A stretch of DNA of 56,263 nt, the filler included, from Platydemus manokwari (Eukaryota), in NCBI GenBank assembly GCA_037951405.1. It is 5 parts of 5 records of this genome, joined end to end, with 100 filler letters (N's around TTAATTAATTAA, not from the genome) between each part and the next. Parts side by side here need not be neighbours in the genome. Positions count along the whole stretch, not along the records: positions 9,353 to 22,823 come from JBBMOY011715843.1; positions 22,924 to 35,175 come from JBBMOY010226672.1; 3 more parts are not named here. The stretch is one strand, 5' to 3'. Shown here piece after piece: positions 14,480 to 27,010 of this stretch (position 1 is its first letter; each line of letters opens with the position of its first letter). A model generated the notes under the pieces. The model had not been told where the DNA came from and did not search any database. It saw only the letters and a list, made by a program, of their open reading frames with translations. Position numbers and translations under genes: made by a program.

Positions 14480-17360
14480 ATTTGCATTTGACATGCTTTT
14501 AAGAGATGACGCCGAACAGCTGTGGCAAGAATTCAGCAGTTTCAGAGAGGCCCTTTCAAATGAAGAAATTGAGAAATGATTTTTAGAAACATTTTTACAT
14601 ACCGAAACAGTGTACGACAATGTTCAGGGTTTGACACCAATGCAACAAAGACCAGATCAAAAATACCGCAGTTTCGAACTTCGGGTAAAGAAGCTAGTTT
14701 CGGAAATGTTTGACAAGAAAAACACTCTTGAAGAAATTTCAAGATTATTCATTCTGCAAGGTCTAAATAGCAATTAATTGAAAGAGTCATTTACTCTCGA
14801 CCCTGCAATGTCCGACGATAGAAGAACAGAGCTAGCTTTCAATTTTGAGAAGTTAAATCCGACAAAGCCCATAAACGCCATCAAGGAGACATATGCTCAG
14901 TTGGTATTTCAAAGTGACCCAAGGAAGACTTTCCAGAAGGAAACTTCATTCAAAAAACCAATAGTGTCCAAAAAGTCCAATAGTGTAGAAAAGAGATTTT
15001 GGTGTAAAGAATTATCATCGAGCACCAGTTAATCCCATTGAATCTCAAAACAATGAGAGACAAACAAGATCAATGAAAGCTATTGCCTCTAAATTTTACA
15101 ACGATTATGGACGAAGACCTACACCACGTTGTGATTTTTTGAAACCAGGTGCTGGTGTTTGCTGTGGTGAGCTTGACCACTTGAAGTTTAAATGTCCACG
15201 GCGGATATTAAAATTAAATCCATTTTAAATAAGATATTCTCTGTGACTTAATCAGAGTCACAGGACATATATTAGCTAGAGATAGAATAGAAGTAAAGAA
15301 GAAAGACGGAAAGAAGAGAAAGCATTCAAAAATGTATCAGAAAGCAGATGGTAGACAGTGAAGTAAAATTGAGTGCAACGGTACACATATTGAAATGTTA
15401 TGGGATTCTGGTGCATCAATAACAGTAATGAACGAGAGCAATTTGAAGCACATTGGAGAGCCGCAGATTAAAAATTCTGATGTTCGATTGGCTCGTGTAT
15501 TCTCCAATACACACAAATCGTGTCTTGGGAAAATAAGGATCCCAATAGTTTGGAACAACGAAATTCTAGTAAAGAAGATCATTGTAGTAAAAGAAATATT
15601 ACCAGGATTTATCGGATGAGTTGATATGATGAAGACTTGTGGAATATTCCTTGCAGGGATAAAATCAATTGATGCCTAGGACGTAGAAAAGGAAAGGAAT
15701 ACAGCGAACAAGACAGAATCGAAGTGGCACTGAAAATTATTGCTGATAAGAAGGATATTTCATTGAATAGGTGTATAAAAGAAAATGGCTCAATTTTTAT
15801 GGCTTCTAGGTTTGATTTGGGACTAACAGATTTAGTGAAGCACAAAAGAGGAACCCATTGCTCAAAACCACAGAAAGCAGCCAGTAAACTTAGAAACCAA
15901 AATTCAAGAATTGATAGAAAATCTTCTGGAAAGCAATGTCATAATGCCATGCAAGAGCCCTTGGAACTCTACTTTGGTCGTGGTTCCTAAGAAAGATGGA
16001 TCGATCACGATGTGTTTAGCTTTCAAAAAATTAAACGAACAGACTGAGAAGTTTTATTTTCTTTACCTGATATCCAAACGTTATTGGACTCACCGTATGA
16101 AGCGACAGTTTTCCCCACGATAGATTTCGAGGAAACAGAAGCAGAAGTCAATTCAAGGGTCAAGAAAAACAAATGTTTTAACAGTTGAGATAAATATGAA
16201 TTGTTTGAAGATATGGTATTGTATAATGAGAATGAAAAGAAGTGAATTGTTGTACCAGAGGTTTATTTGCAGAAACTTTCGAGATATATTCATGAAGAGT
16301 TGTGCCATATTGGTAATAAGAATTTGGTCGATTATATTCAAAGAAATTACTTTTGGCCAAATATGTCACGAAGCATCGAAAATGAAGTACGGAATTGTGA
16401 TATTTGTGCTAAAGGAAAGGTATACACTGGACGGACTAAAGTGATCATGAAGGGAAGAGTTTGGCCCTCTGGAACAGATCGTTGTTGATGTTGCGCACTT
16501 TGAAGAATTTATGACTAAAACAAGATATTCGTTGGTTATTTTAGATAGATTCAGTAAGTTAGTAAGCTAGGTGCCACTTATTCAACAAGTTTAAACAAGT
16601 ATTGCAAAGTGCACAATCCATAAATGGAAATCTAGGTATGGTGCTCCAAAATCAATGCTCAGTGATCATGGTAGAGTCTTCGAAGGAAGATAAATGAAAG
16701 AATTAGCACACGATTTGGAATAAAACAAGAATTTACCTTCCTATACCAACATCAGGCAAATGGCTTAGCCAAAAGGATGATTACGACGGTCCGAGACATG
16801 GTGGTAATAACGATGGCATCAGAGAAACAGGCTTGGGATAAATTAATGCTGCGGATAGAATTCATCGTCAATGCAAAATATCAAAGTTCAATTCGACATT
16901 CTCCTTTTGAAATATTGTTTGGAAGAAGAATTAATATGCATGGGATACGATTAAATGAACCAAGCCATCACGACCAGATCATCAAAGAAAAATCAGTAGT
17001 CACAAACCTAAAGAAATTCGATGCTGAAAAGAGGTTGTAGAATTTTAACAGTTGGAGAAGAAGTTTTAGTGAAGAAAGAACCACATAGGATAAAGAAGAA
17101 CAGAGATCGATATGAAGGTCCTTAAAGAATTTTGAAATTTTTAAGTCCACATCAAGTACTTTTCGATTTCCAGGGACAACCAAAACCTCGAAGAATTGAG
17201 TGGCTAAAAAGGAAATCAAAAACAACGGGAGAAGGAAGTTAGATAAATAAATGAGACTTGTTTTAATATTAAAAAACAAATGGTGTGATTTTGAAAATAG
17301 AATAAAATATTTATAGAAACCAGTTGTCTTTTTACTAAAACAAAAAAAAGAGATAAACCC
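14480..17360 (+). mobile_element. Ty3/Gypsy LTR retrotransposon family B, copy 1 (gag-PR-partial RT-integrase-PPT-start of 3' LTR); most of RT/RNaseH is deleted
   Basis: Gag knuckle remnant CCGELDHLKFKCP (~15159-15199); protease MLWDSGAS (15395); RT N-terminus KSPWNSTLVVVPKKDGS; then a jump to integrase HEELCHIG..YFWPNM..CDIC, YQHQANG and HSPFEILFGR. Purine tract GGGAGAAGGAAG at 17227-17238 is followed by sequence shared with the end of copy 2. Confidence 0.9.
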
Positions 17361-17381
17361 GAAACACATCAAATTTACTAA

Positions 17382-17458
17382 ACAATGATAAAATGTCATT
17401 ATGTCACACACGGAACAATAAATTAACATTGATATAACATCGAAATAATTCATTTTTC
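17382..17458 (+). repeat. Direct-repeat copy of the sequence upstream of the RING gene (22264-22383)
   Basis: ACAATGATAAAATGTCATT..GTCACACACGGAACAATAAATTAACATTGA and TAACATCGAAATAA.TCATTTTTC are shared; this copy lacks an internal segment of about 43 nt. Confidence 0.9.
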
Positions 17459-17884
17459 TGTGTATTCAAAATTAAAACAAGTAACAATTTCAAATGACAA
17501 ATGATATTTGATAAAATTATTCAAAGTTATCTTGAATCATAATAAAAGTCCATAGAATTTTAAAATATTCCACTTTAAAAAATTATAGTACAAAGTATTG
17601 AAAATAATGAAATTTAATAAAATTTAGTGCATTATAACGGCTATAAAGTATTCAACGTCAAGAACTGGAGAAAGTTGACGATAAAAATTCATCTTCTACA
17701 AAAAAGCATATTTCCATCTTCTATATATTTTTCCTTATTATTTTGGTTCCATTTATCAACATTATTCTCGTTATTGTTGTTTAATTGAAATGTAAGCCTT
17801 AATAAAACCAATTATATTTCCGCGAACAATACATAAAAGTTTCCTTATTCCTCGCACTTTATGTATAACTCTGGCTTTTTGCAT

Positions 17885-18650
17885 TAATTAATCAAAGTGA
17901 GTATTATCGCGGCTGAAAGGCTGTCCTAAGAATAATATTTAATATTATACATATTGACTACTGGTAAGTGAATGCATCCACTTGTGAACAGTTGACTAAT
18001 ATTTTAAATTTATTTCAGTTTCTAAATCATTGTTGAAATAAATTATAATTTTAAATAAAAAGTGCTATTTCAGTAAGTTGATGATAGGGTCTTAAGAATT
18101 GATCTGAATACCTACCAACTTGTACATCAATAAAAGAAACTAAATTGTAAAGAATATGACGATTTCTACAAGAAAATCATTTTCAGAAAACTTTATTCGT
18201 ATTTAAACTTTTAGTAAACCTTAAGGTTACGGAACATATGTTACATCGTTGTGTTGAGAGATTTCATAATTGAGTTGCTCTTGAATTATAACAAACCATA
18301 GACTTTGATTTTTACTTGCAAGTAAAATTTTTCTTTAGGAACTTTATCGTCGTGAATTTGTGATTTATTTATTGATTTTTTTTGCTTAAGGAAATTATTT
18401 GGAAATTATTACCGACACATTTTTATGGAAGATTTAATTTAAAAGTTTATCATTGTTAAAGAAAGGTCTGTAAACACTGTTGGGATTTCGTTTGTGAATT
18501 AAATTTATGATTAATTTAATTTCTTTTGTAGGAAATCGATTTTCATTGAAACCATCCTTCAATAGTATTCTGCCAATTATTATTATTATTGATGGTAGAA
18601 CAACGGTCAAATGCATGTACTTTATACAAGCCTATTTGGGTGACCTTGAA
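17885..18650 (-). pseudogene. Decayed paralog of the 3' half of the RING-H2 locus (21405-21800)
   Basis: NNNNWQNTIEGWFQ*KS versus ADNIWHNNIDGWFIYKS; ATAAACTTTTAAATTAAATCTTCCA versus ATAAACTTTTAAACTAAAACTTCCA; on the plus strand GGTAAGTGAATGC versus GGTAGTGAATAC and TTAATCAAAGTGA versus TTAATCAGAAGTGA. All blocks are collinear. Confidence 0.7.
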
Positions 18651-18828
18651 ATCGTTTAAACAAAAGAATATTATATAGAAAAACAAAACTTTTGTTTTAT
18701 TTATTTTTAAATATTTTTTTATGAAAATTTTTGAATTTTTTCATTTTTTTCTATTTAATCTAAGAATTTTTAAAATTTAATTTTTATTTGTTTTTAATGT
18801 TCTTTTTATTCTTATATATATATTCCAC

Positions 18829-19048
18829 AAGACTGATAAAATTAAAGACATTTTTGGATCATTGTTGTCAATCATTACTATCTTAATATAGTTTTAATTG
18901 CGAGGTGAATAGGTTAGAAATAAGGTTTTATAGGTTGTACCTTGGGCTTGATTAGAACTCTATTGAGACTGATTAGGACCACGGTGATCCACAATGGTTA
19001 ACATTAATAATGTGAGACTGATTGAAAACAAAAACAAGCCCGAAACAC
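18829..19048 (-). repeat. About 220-bp repeat, inverted copy of 12826-13053
   Basis: The same blocks occur on the minus strand; the outer end reads CAAGCCCGAAACAC on the plus strand. Confidence 0.85.
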
Positions 19049-19878
19049 AACAAATACAATAGCTTGAACTTCGTTCAACTAAAGTTAAATAAATAAATAA
19101 ATAAAATCAACTTAAAATTCAGCACCAAATCGTATATACGAGCCATTCTACCTTATTACGAAGATTGGATCAACCAATTGGATCGCTACAGAAGTTGTCA
19201 ATGATGGAAAAGTAACACCAATCAAGACTTTCCAGTACCAAGATATCCAACAGTCTATAAAACACTCGAGGAAATCTGAGAAACTTTATTGAGAAAACAT
19301 TGATTTTTGTAATTGACAATGTTAAGTGTCTACTATATATTTCCTCATTTGACTTATACTTGTCCTTTATTTGTAATCTTTATTTATTTTTTATTTCATT
19401 GTATTTATTTTAACATTTATATATTTTCTTGGTAATGTGGTGAAAATAATAATAAAATTTTTAATGACTAATGATGAAATAAAAATAATAATGCTAATAA
19501 TTAGTGAAAATATTCGACCGATTAGTAATGGTAAATTCCAACAGAAAATCATTTTCATCTAGAATAAAAGATTATCAAGCTGATAATTGAAAATTTTTTA
19601 AATATTTGATAACTTTATAATAAAATATTATTCATAAAATATTCCCTTATCAAAAATAATATTTCCATGACAAAATAGGCAACCACAAAAAATAATCTTA
19701 GCTTGGAAATTCTTACAATGAAAAATAATAAACCTAAAATACCCATTGTCAAAAAATAATAATCGTGAAATTTCCCCAGATAATGAAAAAAGAATAATTT
19801 TTTTTGAAAATACTATATATATGAAATTAAAACACAGAACTTGAGCAATTTAAAAGAAGCAAAATAACCAACATAGAA

Positions 19879-20560
19879 TTAACTAACTTGAACGAACTCA
19901 TTTTCATTTACTCCTATCTTATATCCTATGCTCTTAAATTCCTTTGGCAGTAGCTTTTTTAATTTTAAATTTTCGTCCTCAATGATCTTTTCAACTTCTT
20001 TAATCGGTAATATTCTTCCTTCTTTCATTTCCTTTAATGGTAATATCTTTTCTATTAACTCATTCTCTATATCAAATCTTGTTATTACTCCATTTACTTC
20101 ACTGTCGTTCTCACTTATTTCCTTATCAATGTTATCCTCTATTACTATTTCATCATTAACTGCTTCGCTATTATTCTCAATTAACTCATCTTTGTTAACT
20201 ATTTCAATGTAATTTTCAACTATTTCATTGCTATTTCTTATTTCTATTTCATTGCTATCCTCTATCTCACTAACGTATGCAGAGCTATTTTCAGGAGAAT
20301 CTAAATTATCCGACAATCCGTACTCATTTACACAGCCATTACTACCCTCTTCATCAAATTCCTCAGTCCAATAATCACTTATTTCACTATTACTATTATA
20401 TCCAGAATTATCCTCATTAGCATTATCATCAATAAACTGCGGGCTGCCAAAGTATCATTGGACTTACTAACCCTAATATCATTATCAACTTCAATTTCCT
20501 CATTATCAGTACCAAGTAAGCCTAACCTCCAAAAACTACATTTAGGGTTCTTACAGGATT
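19879..20560 (-). pseudogene. Intronless acidic (D/E/N-rich) ORF with an apparent frameshift near 20445; probably TE- or virus-derived
   Basis: The ORF at 19879-20316 extends upstream in frame as QFIDDNANEDNSGYNSNSEISDYWTEEFDEEG, and in another frame as CKNPKCSFWRLGLLGTDNEEIEVDND. Strand skew is strong. Confidence 0.45.
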
Positions 20561-21817
20561 ATCCATAAGAGACCAGAAAATTTAACTAACAGCTCTATCA
20601 GTATAGAGACAATTAATTACTTTAATTAATTAAAATCGAAAACCCCTCAGAACGTGCCTGGTTATTTGTTTAAAAATCGCTCATATTTTATTCTCATTAT
20701 CATTTAACTTGTAATAATACAATCATTTATATTGTATAATCTATTTGCTTTTAATACATTTTATTATTAATTGTTCTAGTTATAAAACACACCTTCTGGA
20801 GTCAGGTGTCAAATTTATAATAATTAATAAAAATAGATCTCGAATACGTTGGGACAGTATAGTCAACTAGATAGTGAATTCAACTAAATAAAATATTACT
20901 ATCATGTTGAAACGCCAACAGTAGTACATTTATTGCCGAGTTGAAACTCATAAAAAATATTCAACCAGCTCTCTATTAATTGTCAATAAATGATTTGAGT
21001 AATACAAAAAATAACTTTTCCAAAAATGTTTTAACAATGTGCTTCACAGATATTACATAATTTATAGAAAATAGAAACCAGAAGGAAATCTACAGTTAAA
21101 TTAGCACTTTATGAAAGGAAGAATAATTATGGCATTAATACAGACAATAAGAATTTCACTTGTCCGAAATTACACATGAAATGTATGTGTGAAACAAATA
21201 CCGAAAAATCTATGAAAAATAACGAAACACCGGTAATTCAATAGGTTACTATATTTTACGAAACCATCATGGCTGTGAAGCAATAAAATAATTTTCAATT
21301 CAAACCAAATTACTATATATCCAACAAAATTATATTTATAAAAGAATATTATTGCTTTAACGTGTAATATTATGTCGATTTAATATTAAATAAATAACAA
21401 TTTGTTAATCAGAAGTGACAAAAATACATCCGGGACTAGACTTAAATATATAGAGATGTAACTCGATTTTGATTGGATTTTAATTTTGAATGATTTAGAT
21501 AACGTTGAGTTTATGATGTGCATATTAATCGGTAGTGAATACTTATGTGTACTATTTGATGGGTCATCTCTAAACATTTATATTTATAATTACTAAATAG
21601 TGTATACTGAAAGGATATAAGTTATTAATGAATAAAGCAGACACAAAATAATTCTGGAAGTTTTAGTTTAAAAGTTTATTTTTGGGATTTTGTGATTAAA
21701 TTTTTCATACAAGGCAAATGATTTATATATGAACCATCCATCAATATTATTGTGCCAAATATTATCAGCATTGGTGAATGACTAACATCTACATCAATGC
21801 ACTTTATTTTAAATTTC

Positions 21818-22201
21818 TCAAATAACCAATTCTGTTTCTTTAATTTTTATTTGGACGATGATCGGAGTTTTGACATTAAATATTGCAATTACAAAATTAT
21901 ATCCTACTCTTTCATTATTTATATAATGGCTGAAACCAATACGATAGTCATTCGTGTAGTTTTTAATCATTACTCGAGTTTCAATGTTGCACGATCCAGA
22001 TAATATCATATCATCATACATCACTGAACACCTGGGACAGAGAGGAATATTTTGTAAATTATTCAAAAATAAACATCTGAAATGGAAAATGTGTTTGCAT
22101 TTTGGAAGGATTAGAGCGATATCGGATCGACATTGGAAGAAACAGATTTGACATTTGGAATCAATGTTCTCGTCAGTATCGTTGACTAACATTTTGTACA
22201 T
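21818..22201 (-). CDS. RING-H2 finger protein (putative E3 ubiquitin ligase); C-terminal part appears frameshifted and may continue to about 21400-21670
   Basis: Intronless ATG ORF with canonical C-x2-C-x14-C-x-H-x2-H-x2-C-x11-C-x2-C (CQIC...CKHIFHFRC...CPRC). Confidence 0.8.
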   Translation of the reverse strand: MYKMLVNDTDENIDSKCQICFFQCRSDIALILPKCKHIFHFRCLFLNNLQNIPLCPRCSVMYDDMILSGSCNIETRVMIKNYTNDYRIGFSHYINNERVGYNFVIAIFNVKTPIIVQIKIKETELVI

Positions 22202-22263
22202 TTTTAAATATTTCGTAATGAAAAGAGAGATAGTAATTGCTTATTAAATATATAATTTATTAT

Positions 22264-22383
22264 ACAATGATAAAATGTCATTGCGTCACACACGGAACAA
22301 TAAATTAACATTGACAATTTTATAATGATTTTATTTAAAATCCATATCATACATTAATGTAACATCGAAATAACTCATTTTTC
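22264..22383 (+). repeat. Conserved block 60-180 bp upstream of the RING ATG (possible promoter), duplicated at 17382-17458
   Basis: Near-identical direct repeat; it lies 5' of the minus-strand RING ORF. Confidence 0.85.
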
Positions 22384-22823
22384 AGTTTATTTTCATCACA
22401 CTATCAAATTATTATTATATTCACAATTTCAGTTTCAATTAGGATTGAAATATAAACAGAGAAATCGATATCTAACAACTTGAGTTCGTGTTATATCTCA
22501 TACAACTATGTTACCACTTTCAAAATTGCGAATATTAGTCTCTTTTATTGTTTTTATATTTCAACTTGTCTCCTTTGCAATAATTCTGTGTCCTATTTAC
22601 AACAACAAATAATTCAACAACCTTATATTAAGAAAAACATCAAAGATGCACAAAGAAATAGCTTTGTATGTATTCGTACATTTATTGGCCAGTTTAATCC
22701 CTTAAAATTTATTTAACCAACGCTCTTGCCTTGAAACCAGACATTTATATCATAGAAGTTAGAAGTGCTGCAAAGGTGTTCGAGAATCGAGAACAAAGTG
22801 TACAACGAGACTCTCAAGCAGTC

Positions 22824-22923
22824 NNNNNNNNNNNNNNNNNNNNNNNNNNNNNNNNNNNNNNNNNNNNTTAATTAATTAANNNNNNNNNNNNNNNNNNNNN
22901 NNNNNNNNNNNNNNNNNNNNNNN
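22824..22923. other. Artificial contig linker
   Basis: Same N44-TTAATTAATTAA-N44 spacer. Confidence 0.97.
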
Positions 22924-22959
22924 TGATTTGCTACAGCACACACACAAGTGTTTACATCT

Positions 22960-23779
22960 GGTGTCAAATTCCGGTTATTAAGTTATAGACCCAATATAAT
23001 TAAAATGAAGAGATATATAAATGAAAATTTTAACATCAAATTAAAATTTCAAGTCATCCACAGTTTCCAGAATGAAAATAAGTCACTCGACATAATAAAG
23101 AACTTATGAACAAATATTCATGTCTTTTTTGCATTACAAGCACCTATCAATACTCTTTCCATTTCGAAATAATATTGTGTGCTCAGTGTTTGTCAAGAAT
23201 CAATTCGAAGAAAACATTCGTCTCATTTGATATTCGAATCAGACTATATTGGATTCAAATCGAACGCAATTATGTTCTGAACTATCTATTTAAAATCATT
23301 TTATTATTTCTTTACATAAAATGACTTGAAAAGTGTTTCAGCTCTAACAAAAGGAAACGGCCAATCCAACTAAATTTTCAGTTTCAAAATTGACTACCTA
23401 ACATGCATTACGTTCTAGTTTTATCAGTGAAATTTTTATTGTTTATTTGGCCTCATTTGTTCACTTGGAAATAGTGTCATTTACATTTTGAAGTAGTATT
23501 ATCTTTTTTAATCAATTTTGTATTAATAATTCATTGTTTGGACTGCTATTTTTAAAGATAGCTCAAAATCACAATCAAGAAAAAACCAAATTATTTTGAG
23601 ATTGTTAATGCCTCTCCAATAATTTCCATATTGTCGAATAGCATAGTGCAAAATTCTTTAAAATGATTTGTTAAAACTGGAAGCTGAACTCAGAGTGATT
23701 AAGTCGTTTACAGTAAACCAAAAATACCAAAACATTTTCCATCAAAGTAATTTCCCGCCACTCACGACACACGTATCAA
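22960..23779 (-). pseudogene. Decayed C-type-lectin-like member of the same mosaic family
   Basis: Phase-1 acceptor at 23779, then DTC..(frameshift)..YFDGKCFGIF; TYFHSGNC at about 23060-23083 versus YFLPGKC in the 35846 exon; 27/28-nt identity between 22969-22996 and 35355-35382. Confidence 0.45.
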
Positions 23780-26519
23780 CTGTTAAATTTCAATACCTTC
23801 ATAATAAAATGAAAGGTAAGATATTCGTCGTAGAGAAAATCAAGTTTAGAAATATTAAACTCGAATAATTTTCTAAAAGTTAAGATTATTCGTTTTATTT
23901 AGTCGGTTATAAAAATACAGAAAATATTTATAAACGTAATGAATTAAATATAAGGCAAGACATTTAATTTATTTTGATTTTTGTTTGGCAAATGATTATC
24001 ATGAGTCAAATTAAATTGTTATTTGTTTTTGTCTCAATGAGACTTTCCACTTTCTTTGAAGTTAAATCAATAAATTGATATTAATATCGAGAAAAATATC
24101 AATCATTACACAATTAGTTTATCTTAATTCCTACACCAAATAACGTACGGTGGAAAAGGTACTATTATGCAAATTTATCCTCAAAATAAATGAAAAATTT
24201 GCTATACATACTACATCAAATATTTACCAAATGGTTTAGGAATGAAATGATATAATTTTACATTGTTTTTCCATAAAATTCAATCAATACTTTCAAATGA
24301 AGTTATAAATTCTGGCAGTTATAAACTTTTTTGAGATAAAAATTTTAATTAATAAATCTGTTTACTTTGTAGCTACCATAAATTTACAGGCTTTATTTTC
24401 ATATCTGACTCATTTCAACTTTTTGAGTTCACACTGAGCGTAACGTCCGTTTAACAAGTTTTTTTTTTAATTAAAACACTTTATACAATTTTATCCTGAT
24501 AACACCTGTAAACACCAGCTCATAAACATCGCCTAGTTATAAAATCAAATCTCAGCAACAGATTCTGAAACTACTATCAGTTGTACTCTAAAAATACAAC
24601 AGATACAATAACTATACAACCACACTGGTTGCGAAACAAACTACCGCAGCATAAAGCACAATATTTCACTATAATTTCTCTCTAGGAAAATGGTAAATTC
24701 TAGAATTTGAATATTCTTTATACACAAAGTTTCTGAATATATCTCTTCGGTATTCTTCCTCTACTAAATAACGAAGATTTTTGAAATACAAAAAACATCT
24801 ATAATATAACGTGTTTGGTCAATGTTGGTCTGTTTGTGGCATTATTGATGATGAAAGCTAAAGTAAGTATTTTGCTGAACTTCAGTAAAAGTTTCAGTAC
24901 AAAAGAAATGGAATTTCAATTGATCAAACTATTTTTCAGTGAGCGTTAAGAATTCGATTAATTATTTTTTTGTATGATTGCGACGCAAAAATCCAGAAAA
25001 TATTTTTGCGGAGTGTTAGATATATTAATCAATTATTTAGAACTGGAAATGTATTAACCAAATTATCACAATCAAATCACTCAAGACGAGATCAGCACCC
25101 GAAAGTCAAAAACAGAATGGAAAATAATCAAAGTGATTGATTACTAAAAATCTCACAAAGATAAGCTTAACACTCAAGTTATCGAGCAAACAAGACTACA
25201 GATATTGATGGAACTCACACTTTTTTATACAACTGTCGGGCATGTCTGCTTGATGTCATAAATCTTCATTTTCCATTTGCTGAATTTTTTCGTGAGCCCA
25301 TCTACTTGGAATTTTGCTCGCATCTTCCATGTTATTGCGGATAATTGAGCTCGCTGCCATCTGTAGGTATGTGCCTGTCTATTCTTAACTTCTAAATATG
25401 GATTAATATTAGATCGAACCTGATTGGTTGGCTACACATGTGTTTATCAAGTCCGTGTGTATTTGGAAAGAGAATTTATTTTGTTTTTTGCTTAATTAAA
25501 TACACATTCAAGGCATCTGTCATTTCAATTATCATCACTATACTCACTGTGATTTGTTGCATTATTGATAATTTAATAAAAACAATATTTGTTTCGCTTA
25601 TTTTTATTTTTATCCATATTTAAAATTATTTATGATCAATAATAAAACACTTTTTTAATATTTTTTTAGAATTTAGAGATTAAATAAAGTTAAAAGCTTT
25701 ATAGAAAGTTTCTTTTAATGATAAATTTTAATGTCATAGCAAAAACCAACGAAAATTTGTTAAATTTTGACAACTGCTTTCTCTAGTTTGTTAAATTGCG
25801 ATTTTGAAATAAAACTGCCATCATATGAATCAAGTTTCCAAATTTGTAAATTAAATTCTCGTAAATTTGAATTGGTTTTAAATATTTTTGAAGATTTCTT
25901 TTGTAATTTAAAAGCTATAAATTTTGAAGATATTTGGCAAAAATTATGAAAAATCTCGTTTTTGTAATTGAAAGATTCTTCAAAGAATAAAGAATTTTTC
26001 AAAGAAATAAATTCTCGAGTAAGTTGTTTTTAAATTATACATATGTTGATAACTTTTGTTAAACAACAAATGTGATAAGGAATATGCTAAAATAAAATAC
26101 CGTTATGTTTGTTGTCAGTAATTTAGCATATAATAAAACAAATCCCATATAATAATGCATATAAAAATAAGAAAAATAGATAATTTATCGTTTTGATGAC
26201 AGTGAGACATGACAAACAAAATCGATACATTAAAAAGAAAATAAAAATAATACATGATATAATATATGAATGAAAAATATAAATGTAATAATAAAATGAA
26301 AGGAAATGTCATGCTTGTAAAAAATTATGTTCCAATAGTTGAGATTTGTAAGGGACATAACTCTAATTTAAACTAACTAATGATTCAACGCTGTGAAAAA
26401 TTCAATAAGCACATTAAGATTAAATTTGAAGATGTAATCACTATCCAAATTCCATACTTAAAGTTGGAAATAGCCTCCGATGTTAAGTTTCATAAATAAG
26501 TTGTTGAGTTCTACTTCAA

Positions 26520-27010
26520 AACAACTAAATAATCACTGAGTCAGAATACTTGTACATTAATACTGTTAACCAAAATCTGGCTTCTAACTGGTAGTTGGCC
26601 ATCTTTACATTGATATTTATACTCGAGATCTGTGTGTAATTTTTGTAGCATGATTGCATCACACTTTGACTCAATCTTTGGTCCTCCATGCTCCTATCGG
26701 GCTTACTAGTTTTTGCAAGAATGGGATTGGTCAATCCTTTTTGTGTATGTTGTTTTGTGGCTATGTCCCTTTTTCCAAATGTCTTTCACCATCTAGCTAT
26801 GCTGTGATTGGTTGACTGCTATGCCTGTACGGTTGTGCAAGCATGTTTAAAGTGCTGAAACAAATGCTCCAAGGTGTACATCCGTTTTTCATTTATGGAA
26901 TTTCATCTAACTCAACAAAGAGACTGATTGTGTTATTTAAACTATTGTGATCAAAATTAAGTGATCAAAAGTATAAATAATTGAATCCAGGAAACGACGA
27001 GTCACATATC
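26520..27010 (-). mobile_element. Possible L1/Tx1-like non-LTR fragment
   Basis: Degenerate post-RT-like motifs IWKKG...HGGPKIESKCDAIMLQKL, with many stops. Confidence 0.3.

Noticed and set aside
22959-22966. TGGTGTCA as a tRNA-Leu-type PBS
   Set aside because: Only an 8-nt match with no gag-like sequence downstream; the region fits the mosaic-gene remnant better.
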